Below, one piece after another: positions 9,007 through 17,252 of a DNA stretch of 19,901 bases. The translations under genes were made by a program, and so were the position numbers. The notes under the pieces are model-generated. The model saw only the letters and a program-made list of their open reading frames with translations. It did not search any database and had not been told where the DNA came from. This stretch comes from Gammaproteobacteria bacterium (lineage in GTDB: Bacteria > Pseudomonadota > Gammaproteobacteria > GCA-001735895). The stretch spans positions 1 to 19,901 of the forward strand of contig JBNKUM010000059.1 in assembly GCA_050298595.1 (NCBI GenBank). The letters run 5' to 3'. Position 1 is the stretch's first letter. Each line of letters opens with the position of its first letter.

Positions 9007-9195
9007 AGTCAAAAATTAAAGACTTTTAGTCTTTAATATTTCCCGTCAAAGTGATGTTTCCTCTTAAAACCTAAATTATCTTAGGTTTATTCCATAATAT
9101 GCTTAAATCACTAGCGTATATTACATCCTGCTTCAGGATTGGTAGAGTTACGCCTATATTTTCTGAATCTAGTAGCTTGAAAGATAAGAGGTCAA

Positions 9196-10608
9196 ATGAA
9201 TAAAAATATCAGTTCGCGGACAACACTCGAAAAAGCATTACGCATCAATCTGGATGCGAATAAATATGGCAGTATCGCTGAAATTGGCGCTGGCCAGGAA
9301 GTAGCGCGTAACTTTTTCAGAGCGGGTGGCGCTGCTGGCACTATTGCTAAAACCATGTCTGCCTATGACATGAAATTTTCTGATGCGATATATGGTGTTC
9401 AGGAAGATGGACGATATGTGAGCTGTGCTCGAGTTAAGGCGATGCTGGCAAAGGAGTATGGTCTGGTGATTGATCGAGTGAGCGATACTCGACATAAATC
9501 TTCGCGCTATTTCGCTTATGCTGCAACTGTGTCAGCCAAGAGCTACAAAGGTAACAATGAATGCCATGCCTGGTGTGGTATTCGCCTGCAGATGTATCCC
9601 GATGCACCCGCTTCCGAAATCCTGGTCCATGTCCGTATGCGTGATAATGAAGCAGATGCCCAGCAACTGGCCTTAGGTGTATTTGGGGTTAATCTGATTT
9701 ACGCCGCTTATTACTATTGTGAAGAGCCGAAAAAAATCATTGATTCCTTAACGGATAATCTGGAGCAGGGCCAGCTTGAACTGGATTCGATAGCGTTTAG
9801 TGGGCCTTATTTTGACGATCTGGATAATCGTGTTCTCAATATTCATCTTATTCGAAGCTGGAAAACACGCGCCATTATGTTTAAGCCGGATGGATCGGTT
9901 GTGGTACCTGCTGAGATGTTGTACAGGAAAAATGTACTGACTATTCGAGGTACCTTCCGACCTATTACCAGATTAAATGTCGATATGATCGAGCAGGGGT
10001 TTAAGTTTTTTACCCAGATGGAAGGCGTGAATGAAGATAACAGCATTGCCCTTGCCGAAATCTCTCTGAATGATATGCGCGGTAATGATTTGAATGTTTC
10101 CGAAGAGGATTTGATTGAGCGCGTCTCAGTGCTGAATTCATTGGGCTATAGCGTTATGATTTCGGATTATACACGTTATTTTTCACTGCGCGCCTATTTC
10201 AGGCAGTTCACTAAATTACAGATTGGAATTGTAGTGGGCATTGTGAATATCAGAGAGATCTTTGATCGCCAGAGTTACAAGGGGGTTGAAGGTGGTATTC
10301 TGGAAGGTTTTGGAAAACTGTTTCCTGACCATACGCGATTACTGGTGTACCCGGAGCTTGATAAGTCTGGAGAGCTACGCGATTATACTAATGTTGATTT
10401 ACCAGATAATCTCAAGTTTCTGTATAAGCATTTACTGGATAATAACTTTATTTTTGGTATTGAGTGCAGCGATCATGAGCTGTTTAAGATTTACTCGCGC
10501 GAAGTTTATAACGATCTTAAAAATGGTCGAGGTGAGTGGGAGAAATCTTTACCAGAGGGAGTGGTAGACGAAATTGTTACTAATAAGTTTTTTGGATACA
10601 GAGACTAG
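9196..10608 (+). CDS. Uncharacterised cytoplasmic protein: CinA/PncC-like N-domain plus nucleotidyltransferase (NMNAT-like) C-domain
   Basis: N-terminal AEIGAGQEVAR..GGAAGT..SAYD..YG..YVS..AML parallels PncC. C-terminal RGTFRPIT, IYSREV and W..LPEGV..I....FGY parallel the GSFxP, ISST and VP..V motifs of nucleotidyltransferases. No signal peptide; SD GAGG. The CDS is clear, the function uncertain. Confidence 0.6.
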   Translation: MNKNISSRTTLEKALRINLDANKYGSIAEIGAGQEVARNFFRAGGAAGTIAKTMSAYDMKFSDAIYGVQEDGRYVSCARVKAMLAKEYGLVIDRVSDTRHKSSRYFAYAATVSAKSYKGNNECHAWCGIRLQMYPDAPASEILVHVRMRDNEADAQQLALGVFGVNLIYAAYYYCEEPKKIIDSLTDNLEQGQLELDSIAFSGPYFDDLDNRVLNIHLIRSWKTRAIMFKPDGSVVVPAEMLYRKNVLTIRGTFRPITRLNVDMIEQGFKFFTQMEGVNEDNSIALAEISLNDMRGNDLNVSEEDLIERVSVLNSLGYSVMISDYTRYFSLRAYFRQFTKLQIGIVVGIVNIREIFDRQSYKGVEGGILEGFGKLFPDHTRLLVYPELDKSGELRDYTNVDLPDNLKFLYKHLLDNNFIFGIECSDHELFKIYSREVYNDLKNGRGEWEKSLPEGVVDEIVTNKFFGYRD

Positions 10609-10670
10609 ACAGGTTTGATAGGAACCAGAAAAATCCTGTCTAGCGAGCCTCAGCATTTGTTCGCTGGGGC
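10605..10670. terminator. Two adjacent hairpins between convergent genes
   Basis: CTAGACAGG (10605-13)/CCTGTCTAG (10635-43) and GCCTCAGC (10647-54)/GCTGGGGC (10663-70). Confidence 0.45.
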
Positions 10671-10697
10671 CATGGTCCAGTGATTAGCTTAACTCTC

Positions 10698-10739
10698 GCT
10701 CTGAGAATTCATGGATGAATTATTCAGAGCTTCCTTAAA
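10698..10739. repeat. Palindromic intergenic repeat, copy 1 (left arm truncated)
   Basis: GCTCTGAGAATTCATGGATGAATTATTCAGAGCTTCCTTAAA matches the reverse complement of the 18482-18530 copy, with one substitution and one extra T. Confidence 0.85.
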
Positions 10740-10741
10740 GT

Positions 10742-10933
10742 CTAATGGGGCAGATGCCTGTGATGTGAGAACAATTTATCAGCTATTTTATGGGTACTAT
10801 TGTATAACCAGTTTTTAAATGCTGTGAAAAGTTCTAAAATATATTTAGCACGCAATTGTTCGGCTTCATGCAGATAGTAGTTAATATCTAAATCGCCGTT
10901 TCTATCGCATTTATATTCGATTTCGTTTTCCAT
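10742..10933 (-). CDS. Small protein (63 aa), possibly RSP_7527-like, divergent from the LysR
   Basis: SD GGAG lies 6 nt before the ATG at 10933. The pattern GDLDINYYLHEAEQLRAKY followed by an amphipathic helix recalls RSP_7527-type small proteins (recalled, not searched). A plausible promoter lies upstream. Confidence 0.7.
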   Translation of the reverse strand: MENEIEYKCDRNGDLDINYYLHEAEQLRAKYILELFTAFKNWLYNSTHKIADKLFSHHRHLPH

Positions 10934-10969
10934 GTCGGGCTCCATTAAGTAGAAAAATTGATGATTTGA

Positions 10970-10998
10970 ATATTAATATCCGGTTATCAGTTGCACAA
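10970..10998 (-). promoter_or_regulatory. Putative sigma70 promoter for the small protein
   Basis: Minus strand TTGTGC (10998-10993), 17 nt, then TAATAT (10975-10970). Confidence 0.45.
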
Positions 10999-11019
10999 AC
11001 GATCAAATTTCAACTAAAA

Positions 11020-11036
11020 GGTGAATAATATTCACC
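11020..11036. promoter_or_regulatory. LysR-type recognition box (T-N11-A palindrome)
   Basis: Perfect GGTGAATA-A-TATTCACC containing T-N11-A (11022-11034), centred about 65 nt upstream of the predicted divergent transcription start. Confidence 0.7.
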
Positions 11037-11049
11037 CGAGGGGACCACT

Positions 11050-11943
11050 ATCAGACGCTTACCTCCATTAAATTCGCTGCGGGTATTTGAATCGGCGGCT
11101 CGTCATGAGAGTTTTGCTGCAGCAGCGGAAGAGCTATTTATAACAGCATCGGCTGTTAGTCATCAGGTTAAGGCGCTGGAAAGTTATCTGGGCTTGCAAT
11201 TATTTACCCGTAGCAATCGCAAGGTTGAACTTACACCCGCGGGTAGAAATTATCTGACTCCGGTTAAACAGTCTCTAAACGAGATGGAAGTTGCTACTCA
11301 GCATATTGTTGCTGCCCCTGAAACTGATATCGTGACCATTAGTACGGCACCTAATTTTCTGGTGCGTTTTTTGATGCCGAGATTAAAAGATTTTCAACAG
11401 AAGTATCCCGATGTTGAATTACAGTTAACGGCATCCAACGAACTGGTTGATCTGTATACATCCAATATTGATATGGCGATTTATTTTGGTCATGGCGACT
11501 GGCACGAGATCGATGTGAATTTTTTACATAACGTTTATCTGGTGCCTGTGTGCAGCCCCGAATTGTTGGCAGAGGGCATACCACTGGAAGAGCCTGAGGA
11601 TCTTAAAAAACATACACTGATTCATGTCACCAAGCGTTTGTATGAATGGCCGGAATGGCTGGAGCTTGCGAAGATCCCTAACAAGGGTTTTTCCAGGGGA
11701 TTACAGATATCCAGTAGTCAGTTAGCTACTGCTGCGGCGCGCGAAAGTCTAGGGGTTGCTCTTGCCGATTCCACCCTGTCTGCACGAGAGATTGAACAGG
11801 GCAAGTTGATTATGCCATTTGATATTTTGCTCGATAGTCACCGCTCATTTTATCTGGTGCATCAAAAAAACCGGCCTTTAACCTATGGCATGCGTGCCTT
11901 TAAAGACTGGTTGATTTCATCCATGCCTCAAAATCAGGGCTAA
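11050..11943 (+). CDS. LysR family regulator, GcvA-like, with an apparent ATC start codon
   Basis: In frame upstream of the track's TTG 11194 lies a complete HTH: IRRLPPLNSLRVFESAARHESFAAAAEELFITASAVSHQVKALE. In-frame TAA at 11026-28; SD GAGGGG 6 nt before ATC 11050. GcvA-type effector domain (PRL..F..YPDVEL, VPVCSP, G.L..PF). Confidence 0.9.
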   Translation: MRRLPPLNSLRVFESAARHESFAAAAEELFITASAVSHQVKALESYLGLQLFTRSNRKVELTPAGRNYLTPVKQSLNEMEVATQHIVAAPETDIVTISTAPNFLVRFLMPRLKDFQQKYPDVELQLTASNELVDLYTSNIDMAIYFGHGDWHEIDVNFLHNVYLVPVCSPELLAEGIPLEEPEDLKKHTLIHVTKRLYEWPEWLELAKIPNKGFSRGLQISSSQLATAAARESLGVALADSTLSAREIEQGKLIMPFDILLDSHRSFYLVHQKNRPLTYGMRAFKDWLISSMPQNQG

Positions 11944-11951
11944 ATACCAGC

Positions 11952-12884
11952 ATGCTTTTTGTGGTGCTAAATATCGTTGCGCCTGTGTTTCTGGTGATAG
12001 GCTCGGGCTGGCTGTCGATGCGTATGCAGCTGTTTAACCACAGCATGGTGGATGGGCTGATGAAGTTTGCCACTCAGCTGGCTGTTCCCTGTCTTTTGTT
12101 TCGTGCAATCTCTACACTTGATTTATCCACTGCTTATAACTGGAATCTGATGTCGGCCTTTTATATTGGTGCCGCAGTGAGTTTTTTCAGCGCCAGTCTG
12201 ATCATGTGGAAGCTGTTTAAAAGGAAACCGGGCGAATCCATTGCTATAGGTTTTGGGGCATTGTTTTCGAATTCAGTTCTGCTTGGGCTGCCAATTTCAG
12301 AGCGAGCCTGGGGCCTAGATAATATGTCGTCGGTATATGCCATAGTTTCTATCCATGCGCCATTTTGTTATCTGCTGGGCATTAGTTGTATGGAGCTGGT
12401 TCGATCCGATGGTCGATCTTTTATTGATACCAGCAAGGTGGTGGTTAAATCGATGTTCAGGAATAGTCTGATGATCGGTATTGGCCTGGGCTTTTTGGTG
12501 AACCTGAGTGGGTTGCCGTTACCGGGGGTATTGATGTCGGCTGTTGATATCCTGAGTAAGTCAGCTTTGCCTGTTGCATTGTTTGGTCTGGGGGCTGTCT
12601 TGACGCGCTATAAAATAAATCAAACACTGGGGGAGGTGGGTACTATCTCTGTGTTTTCTCTGGTTGTTCACCCTGGCATCACTTTTGCTATTTGCTATCT
12701 GCTGGGGGTGCCGGATTCTATCAGCCGTATAGCGGTTCTGGTCGCGGCGATGGCACCGGGAATTAATAGCTATCTATTTGCCAATATGTATCAAAGGGGA
12801 CAGGGTGTTGCTGCCAGCACCGTGGTGCTGGCAACATCTACATCGGTTTTTAGTATCAGTGTCTGGGTTTGGATATTGAGTTGA
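11952..12884 (+). CDS. AEC (auxin efflux carrier) family transporter
   Basis: About 10 TM helices with VAPVF, AVPCLLF, FSNSVLLGLP, LPVALFGLG and AMAPG motifs; 8 nt after the LysR stop. Confidence 0.88.
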   Translation: MLFVVLNIVAPVFLVIGSGWLSMRMQLFNHSMVDGLMKFATQLAVPCLLFRAISTLDLSTAYNWNLMSAFYIGAAVSFFSASLIMWKLFKRKPGESIAIGFGALFSNSVLLGLPISERAWGLDNMSSVYAIVSIHAPFCYLLGISCMELVRSDGRSFIDTSKVVVKSMFRNSLMIGIGLGFLVNLSGLPLPGVLMSAVDILSKSALPVALFGLGAVLTRYKINQTLGEVGTISVFSLVVHPGITFAICYLLGVPDSISRIAVLVAAMAPGINSYLFANMYQRGQGVAASTVVLATSTSVFSISVWVWILS

Positions 12885-12886
12885 AG

Positions 12887-13363
12887 TTATTTATCGATAC
12901 CCAGTAATTCCACATCAAAAATTAGTGTTGAACCGGCAGGTATCTTGCCGATACTGCGGAAGCCATAAGCCAGCTGGCTAGGGATGAAAAACCGGGTTTT
13001 CTCGCCCACTACCATCAATTGCACGCCTTCGGTCCAGCCTTTAATGACGCGGTAGAGTGGGAATGATATGGGTTCACCACGTTCTACCGAGCTATCAAAT
13101 ACCGTGCCATCGATTAACGTGCCGTGATAATGCACCTTCACAGTGTCGTTCGCTTTTGGATGAACTGTCCCTGTACCTTTTTGCAGGACTTTGTATTGCA
13201 GTCCCGAGGCTGTGGTGACTACACCTTCAGCCTTGCCATTCTGTTCCAGAAAGGCGAGACCTTTTTCATGGGTCTCATTGGTATAGGCCTGTGTAGTATT
13301 GCTTAGCATAATGATGAACAATACAGAGGCTAGAAAAATGCGCGAGAAAAGATTTTTGTTCAT
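12887..13363 (-). CDS. FKBP-type peptidyl-prolyl cis-trans isomerase, exported
   Basis: Signal peptide, then TASGLQY, VHYHGTLIDGTVFDSS, VIKGWTEG, IPSQLAYG and LIFDVELL. Confidence 0.95.
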   Translation of the reverse strand: MNKNLFSRIFLASVLFIIMLSNTTQAYTNETHEKGLAFLEQNGKAEGVVTTASGLQYKVLQKGTGTVHPKANDTVKVHYHGTLIDGTVFDSSVERGEPISFPLYRVIKGWTEGVQLMVVGEKTRFFIPSQLAYGFRSIGKIPAGSTLIFDVELLGIDK

Positions 13364-13472
13364 GTGATCGAAATATATAGTGGTTGATTAAGGGCGAGCA
13401 AGCATAATGCAAATTTTGAATAAAATCACTCGTCACAGGCTGACTACAAAATAACACAGGCAGATAGCGTTT

Positions 13473-14828
13473 ATGGAATCCCAGGCTGAAGCAAAGAATC
13501 CCGATATTGTTGAAAGCGTACTGATCAATCTTGCTAACGATGATCTTCAGACGTTAAAGGAAATGCTGGGTGATACCCATCCCGCTGAGTTAGCGCATAT
13601 TCTTGAATCCTTACCTATGGATCAAAGGATACTGGTGTGGGGGTTGATTGAGCCGGAGATTTACCCGGATGTGCTGAGTTATCTGCACGACGAGGTACGC
13701 CTCACCATTATCGATGAGATGGAGCCTGAGCATTTCCTGGCTGCTGCACAGGAAATGAATCCGGAAGATCTGGTCTACGTACTGGATACGCTGCCGGTTG
13801 ATGTCGGTGATTCTATCATTGATCAGTTACAGGGGGATTACCGCCAACGCCTGGAGATTGTGCGCAGCTTTGAAGAAGGCAGTGCCGGGCGTTTGATGAG
13901 TAATGATGTGATCAGTGTGCGTGACGACATCACGATTGCGGTGGTTCTGCGCTATCTGCGGCTGCATCCTGAGCTACCGACACATACCGATGCGCTAATG
14001 GTAGTGAATGATGAAAACCGCTATCTGGGCAAGCTGATCATCAGCCATGTGCTCACCGCGCAGCCAGAGATAGTCGTGAAAGATATTATGCAGCCGGATA
14101 TTGATAAGGTGCTGGCTACTGATACCGAGCATGACATATTGATCCAGTTTGATCGACGTGACCTTATTTCCGTAGCGGTTGTTGACGATAATAATTTTCT
14201 GCTGGGCAGGATTACTATTGATAATGTGGTCGATCTGATCCGTACCGAAGCCGAACATGCATTGCTGAAATCAGCGGGTCTGGATCAAGAAGAGGATTTG
14301 TTCTCACCCATGGTGCCTAGCGCTAAACGACGCGGGCTGTGGTTAGGAATAAACCTGCTTACGGTGTTCATGGCTTCATGGGTCATAGGTCAGTTTGAAG
14401 AGGTGCTGGCAAAGTTTGTCGCACTGGCGGTGTTAATGCCAGTAGTGGCCAGCATGGGCGGTATTGCGGGTAGTCAGACCCTGACATTAACCATTCGTGG
14501 CCTTGCGCTGGATCAGATTGCACACTCCAACGTGCGCTGGTTGATCATCAAGGAAGTCGGTGTCGGTGCATTGAATGGTGCAGTATGGTCAATCGTCGTT
14601 GCACTGATCTCGTATCTATGGTTTGAGGATATGAGTATTGCAGTCATTCTGGCTTTTGCGATGATGCTGAATCTTTTGTTTGCAGCGATTTCGGGTATTT
14701 CCATTCCTCTGGTACTGAAACGTATCGGTATAGATCCCGCACTATCGGGAGCAGTGATATTAACTACAGTCACTGATATTATAGGTTTTCTCAGTTTTCT
14801 CGGGCTGGCAAGCCTGTTTCTTTTATAG
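13473..14828 (+). CDS. mgtE: Magnesium transporter MgtE
   Basis: Acidic N-domain (HPAELA), SAGRLM and a CBS pair, then a TM region with MPVVASMGGIAGSQ, DPAL and TTVTD. Confidence 0.95.
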   Translation: MESQAEAKNPDIVESVLINLANDDLQTLKEMLGDTHPAELAHILESLPMDQRILVWGLIEPEIYPDVLSYLHDEVRLTIIDEMEPEHFLAAAQEMNPEDLVYVLDTLPVDVGDSIIDQLQGDYRQRLEIVRSFEEGSAGRLMSNDVISVRDDITIAVVLRYLRLHPELPTHTDALMVVNDENRYLGKLIISHVLTAQPEIVVKDIMQPDIDKVLATDTEHDILIQFDRRDLISVAVVDDNNFLLGRITIDNVVDLIRTEAEHALLKSAGLDQEEDLFSPMVPSAKRRGLWLGINLLTVFMASWVIGQFEEVLAKFVALAVLMPVVASMGGIAGSQTLTLTIRGLALDQIAHSNVRWLIIKEVGVGALNGAVWSIVVALISYLWFEDMSIAVILAFAMMLNLLFAAISGISIPLVLKRIGIDPALSGAVILTTVTDIIGFLSFLGLASLFLL

Positions 14829-14854
14829 TGTGATAACCATAGCGTGGCTTCAAT

Positions 14855-16204
14855 ATGAGTGAAACATTCAATTTAGATGCCTTAATCAAGCACAGCACGG
14901 AATTTACCGAACATATACAAAGCCTGCTGAAAGATCCAGCATTCTGGCCTCAGTTCATTACCATTCTGGTGGTTTTCGGTATTGCTCGCTGGATTGTTTC
15001 GCCACTTTTCCATCGATTCCTGAATTTTTTGAAGAAGTACACCTATCGAGTGAATAGCCTGAAACGGCTGTCGGATGCGCTACGTGATAACAGTGTGCCT
15101 ATCGCCTGGCTGCTGCTGCAATGGATAGCGATAAGCGTAACCGAGTATGTGGGTCTTTATAACGGTGCTCTGGTTACTGTGGCGAGCTTACTCGCTGCCT
15201 GGGTGCTGATTCGACTGGCTTCGATGCTGGTCAATAATCCCTCTATTTCCAAAGTGATTGCTTTTTCTGCCTGGACCGTAGCTGCGCTGAATATCTTCGG
15301 CCTGCTGGATGGCGCTATGGCGCTATTAGATAGCTGGGCGATCAATGTAGGTCAGGTGAGATTGTCCCCTTTATCGGTGTTGAAAATAGGGCTCTCATTA
15401 TGGTTTTCACTCTGGTTAGCAAATGCGTTGTCCTCCCTGCTGGAGCGACGCCTCGAGCGTTCGCTATCCACCAATGCCTCGACGCGTGTGTTAGCAACCA
15501 AGTTAACTCGTATTACGCTGGTGTTGCTGGCAATACTGATCGCACTGACGAGTGTGGGGATTGATCTTACAGCGCTGGCAATCTTCAGTGGTGCATTAGG
15601 TGTTGGTCTGGGTTTTGGTTTACAGAAGATTTTTTCCAATCTGGTGAGCGGCGTCATCCTGCTGATGGATAAATCGATCAAACCCGGTGATGTTATTTCA
15701 CTGGGTACTACTTTCGGCTGGATCAATCATCTTGGTCTGCGTTATGCCTCGGTCATCACGCGCGATGGTATGGAGCACCTGATACCGAATGAAGAATTCA
15801 TAGTACAGCGGGTTGAAAACTGGTCGTATAGTGATCGACTGGTACGACTCAAGGCACCAGTGGGGATCTCTTATGACTCGGATGTCAGATTAGCGATGAA
15901 GCTATGCGTGGAAGCCGCAAACAAAGCCGAACGTGTAAAAGACGATCCAGAGCCCAGGGTGCAATTAATGAGTTTTGGTGACAGTTCGGTGAACCTGGAA
16001 ATTCGGTTATGGGTGGATGATCCGGAAAAAGGACGCGCCAATATTATTAGCGAAGTATTGTTAAATGTGTGGGATAGTTTCCATGAGCATGGAATTAATA
16101 TTCCCTATCCACAGCGTGATTTACATGTGAAATCGGTACTGGGGGCGACAGATCTGGCTGATTTAAAAAAAGTAGCCAGAGACGAGAATGGAATGACCCC
16201 ATAA
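14855..16204 (+). CDS. MscS family mechanosensitive channel
   Basis: Several N-terminal TM helices, GALGVGLGFGLQKIFSNLVSG, IKPGD, IPNEEF..VENW, VGISY and IPYPQRD. Confidence 0.92.
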   Translation: MSETFNLDALIKHSTEFTEHIQSLLKDPAFWPQFITILVVFGIARWIVSPLFHRFLNFLKKYTYRVNSLKRLSDALRDNSVPIAWLLLQWIAISVTEYVGLYNGALVTVASLLAAWVLIRLASMLVNNPSISKVIAFSAWTVAALNIFGLLDGAMALLDSWAINVGQVRLSPLSVLKIGLSLWFSLWLANALSSLLERRLERSLSTNASTRVLATKLTRITLVLLAILIALTSVGIDLTALAIFSGALGVGLGFGLQKIFSNLVSGVILLMDKSIKPGDVISLGTTFGWINHLGLRYASVITRDGMEHLIPNEEFIVQRVENWSYSDRLVRLKAPVGISYDSDVRLAMKLCVEAANKAERVKDDPEPRVQLMSFGDSSVNLEIRLWVDDPEKGRANIISEVLLNVWDSFHEHGINIPYPQRDLHVKSVLGATDLADLKKVARDENGMTP

Positions 16205-16264
16205 CTGATTCGTCAGGATGGAAGCCGGCGGGTTAAATCTTAATAATCTAGCGGAGAGATCGTA

Positions 16265-17227
16265 ATGCAAAAATGGATGCTGATACACCCTGATCATATC
16301 GAGACGGGAAGTGCTGCGTTATTCAACGAATGGAAGCAGCAGCCGGAAACGGTATTGTGGGTGGATATTGAAGGATCGGCTGATGAGGCTGATCAAAAAC
16401 TATTGCGCGATATGCTGGATTTACCCGATGCAGAAATCAAGGATGCTTTACGAGACAGACATCCGCCGAGATTTAGCGGAACTGCTGATCACCTGATGCT
16501 ATTACTCAAGCCGCTCGACAGTGACTCTCACTCATTAGATTTTAAAACCCAGCAAATGGCCATTTTTGCGGGTAATAATTTCATGCTGACCCGGCATACC
16601 GGAAGATCGATTTACCTTGAAGAGTTGTGGGAAAACCCGCAGCTGGAGCAAGGCAAATATGTTTCACCATATCAACTGGTAGGCTTGCTAGCGCAGCGTA
16701 TGGTAACGCGCTACGGGAGTGTTTTACTGGATCTGGAAGAGCGTCTGGATGTACTGGAAGATGAGTTGATGGAGAACCTGGACGAAACGCATATGCAGGA
16801 GCTGGTGGGTTACAATACCTCGTTAAGAAAAATGCGCAGAATCCTCAGTTATCATGTCTCAGTCACTAGCCAGTTGACACGATTTGCAAAAAAACACGAT
16901 TTAGATGATTGGTTCGATGAATACGAAGATATCAGCGAACAGGTAGAAAGGTTCCATAGCCTTTCCGAGCTTTACCAGAATGTTATCAATGATTTAATCG
17001 AAGGCTATATCAGTCTGAATTCGCATCACCTCAATCAGGTGATGAAGGTTTTGACTGTGGTTACGGTGGTGTTCCTGCCACTAAGTTTACTGGTGGGTAT
17101 ATATGGGATGAATTTTGAACATATACCTGAGCTTAAAGCTGAGAATGGTTATTTTATTTTGCTGTCGGTTATGGCAGGTATTGTGTTTACCTTGGTGATG
17201 ATATTTAGACGTATGAAGTGGTTGTGA
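16265..17227 (+). CDS. corA: CorA family Mg2+/Co2+ transporter
   Basis: NQVMKVLT, YGMNF signature, IPEL loop, two C-terminal TM helices and a terminal FRRMKWL. SD GGAG. Confidence 0.92.
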   Translation: MQKWMLIHPDHIETGSAALFNEWKQQPETVLWVDIEGSADEADQKLLRDMLDLPDAEIKDALRDRHPPRFSGTADHLMLLLKPLDSDSHSLDFKTQQMAIFAGNNFMLTRHTGRSIYLEELWENPQLEQGKYVSPYQLVGLLAQRMVTRYGSVLLDLEERLDVLEDELMENLDETHMQELVGYNTSLRKMRRILSYHVSVTSQLTRFAKKHDLDDWFDEYEDISEQVERFHSLSELYQNVINDLIEGYISLNSHHLNQVMKVLTVVTVVFLPLSLLVGIYGMNFEHIPELKAENGYFILLSVMAGIVFTLVMIFRRMKWL

Positions 17228-17252
17228 TTATAATTTCTTCCTTTAATTGTTT

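Noticed and set aside
11050-11193. LysR as a pseudogene or HTH-less protein
   Set aside because: The HTH is intact and in frame with a well-placed SD. A near-cognate start is the simpler reading, although a start-codon mutation is not excluded.
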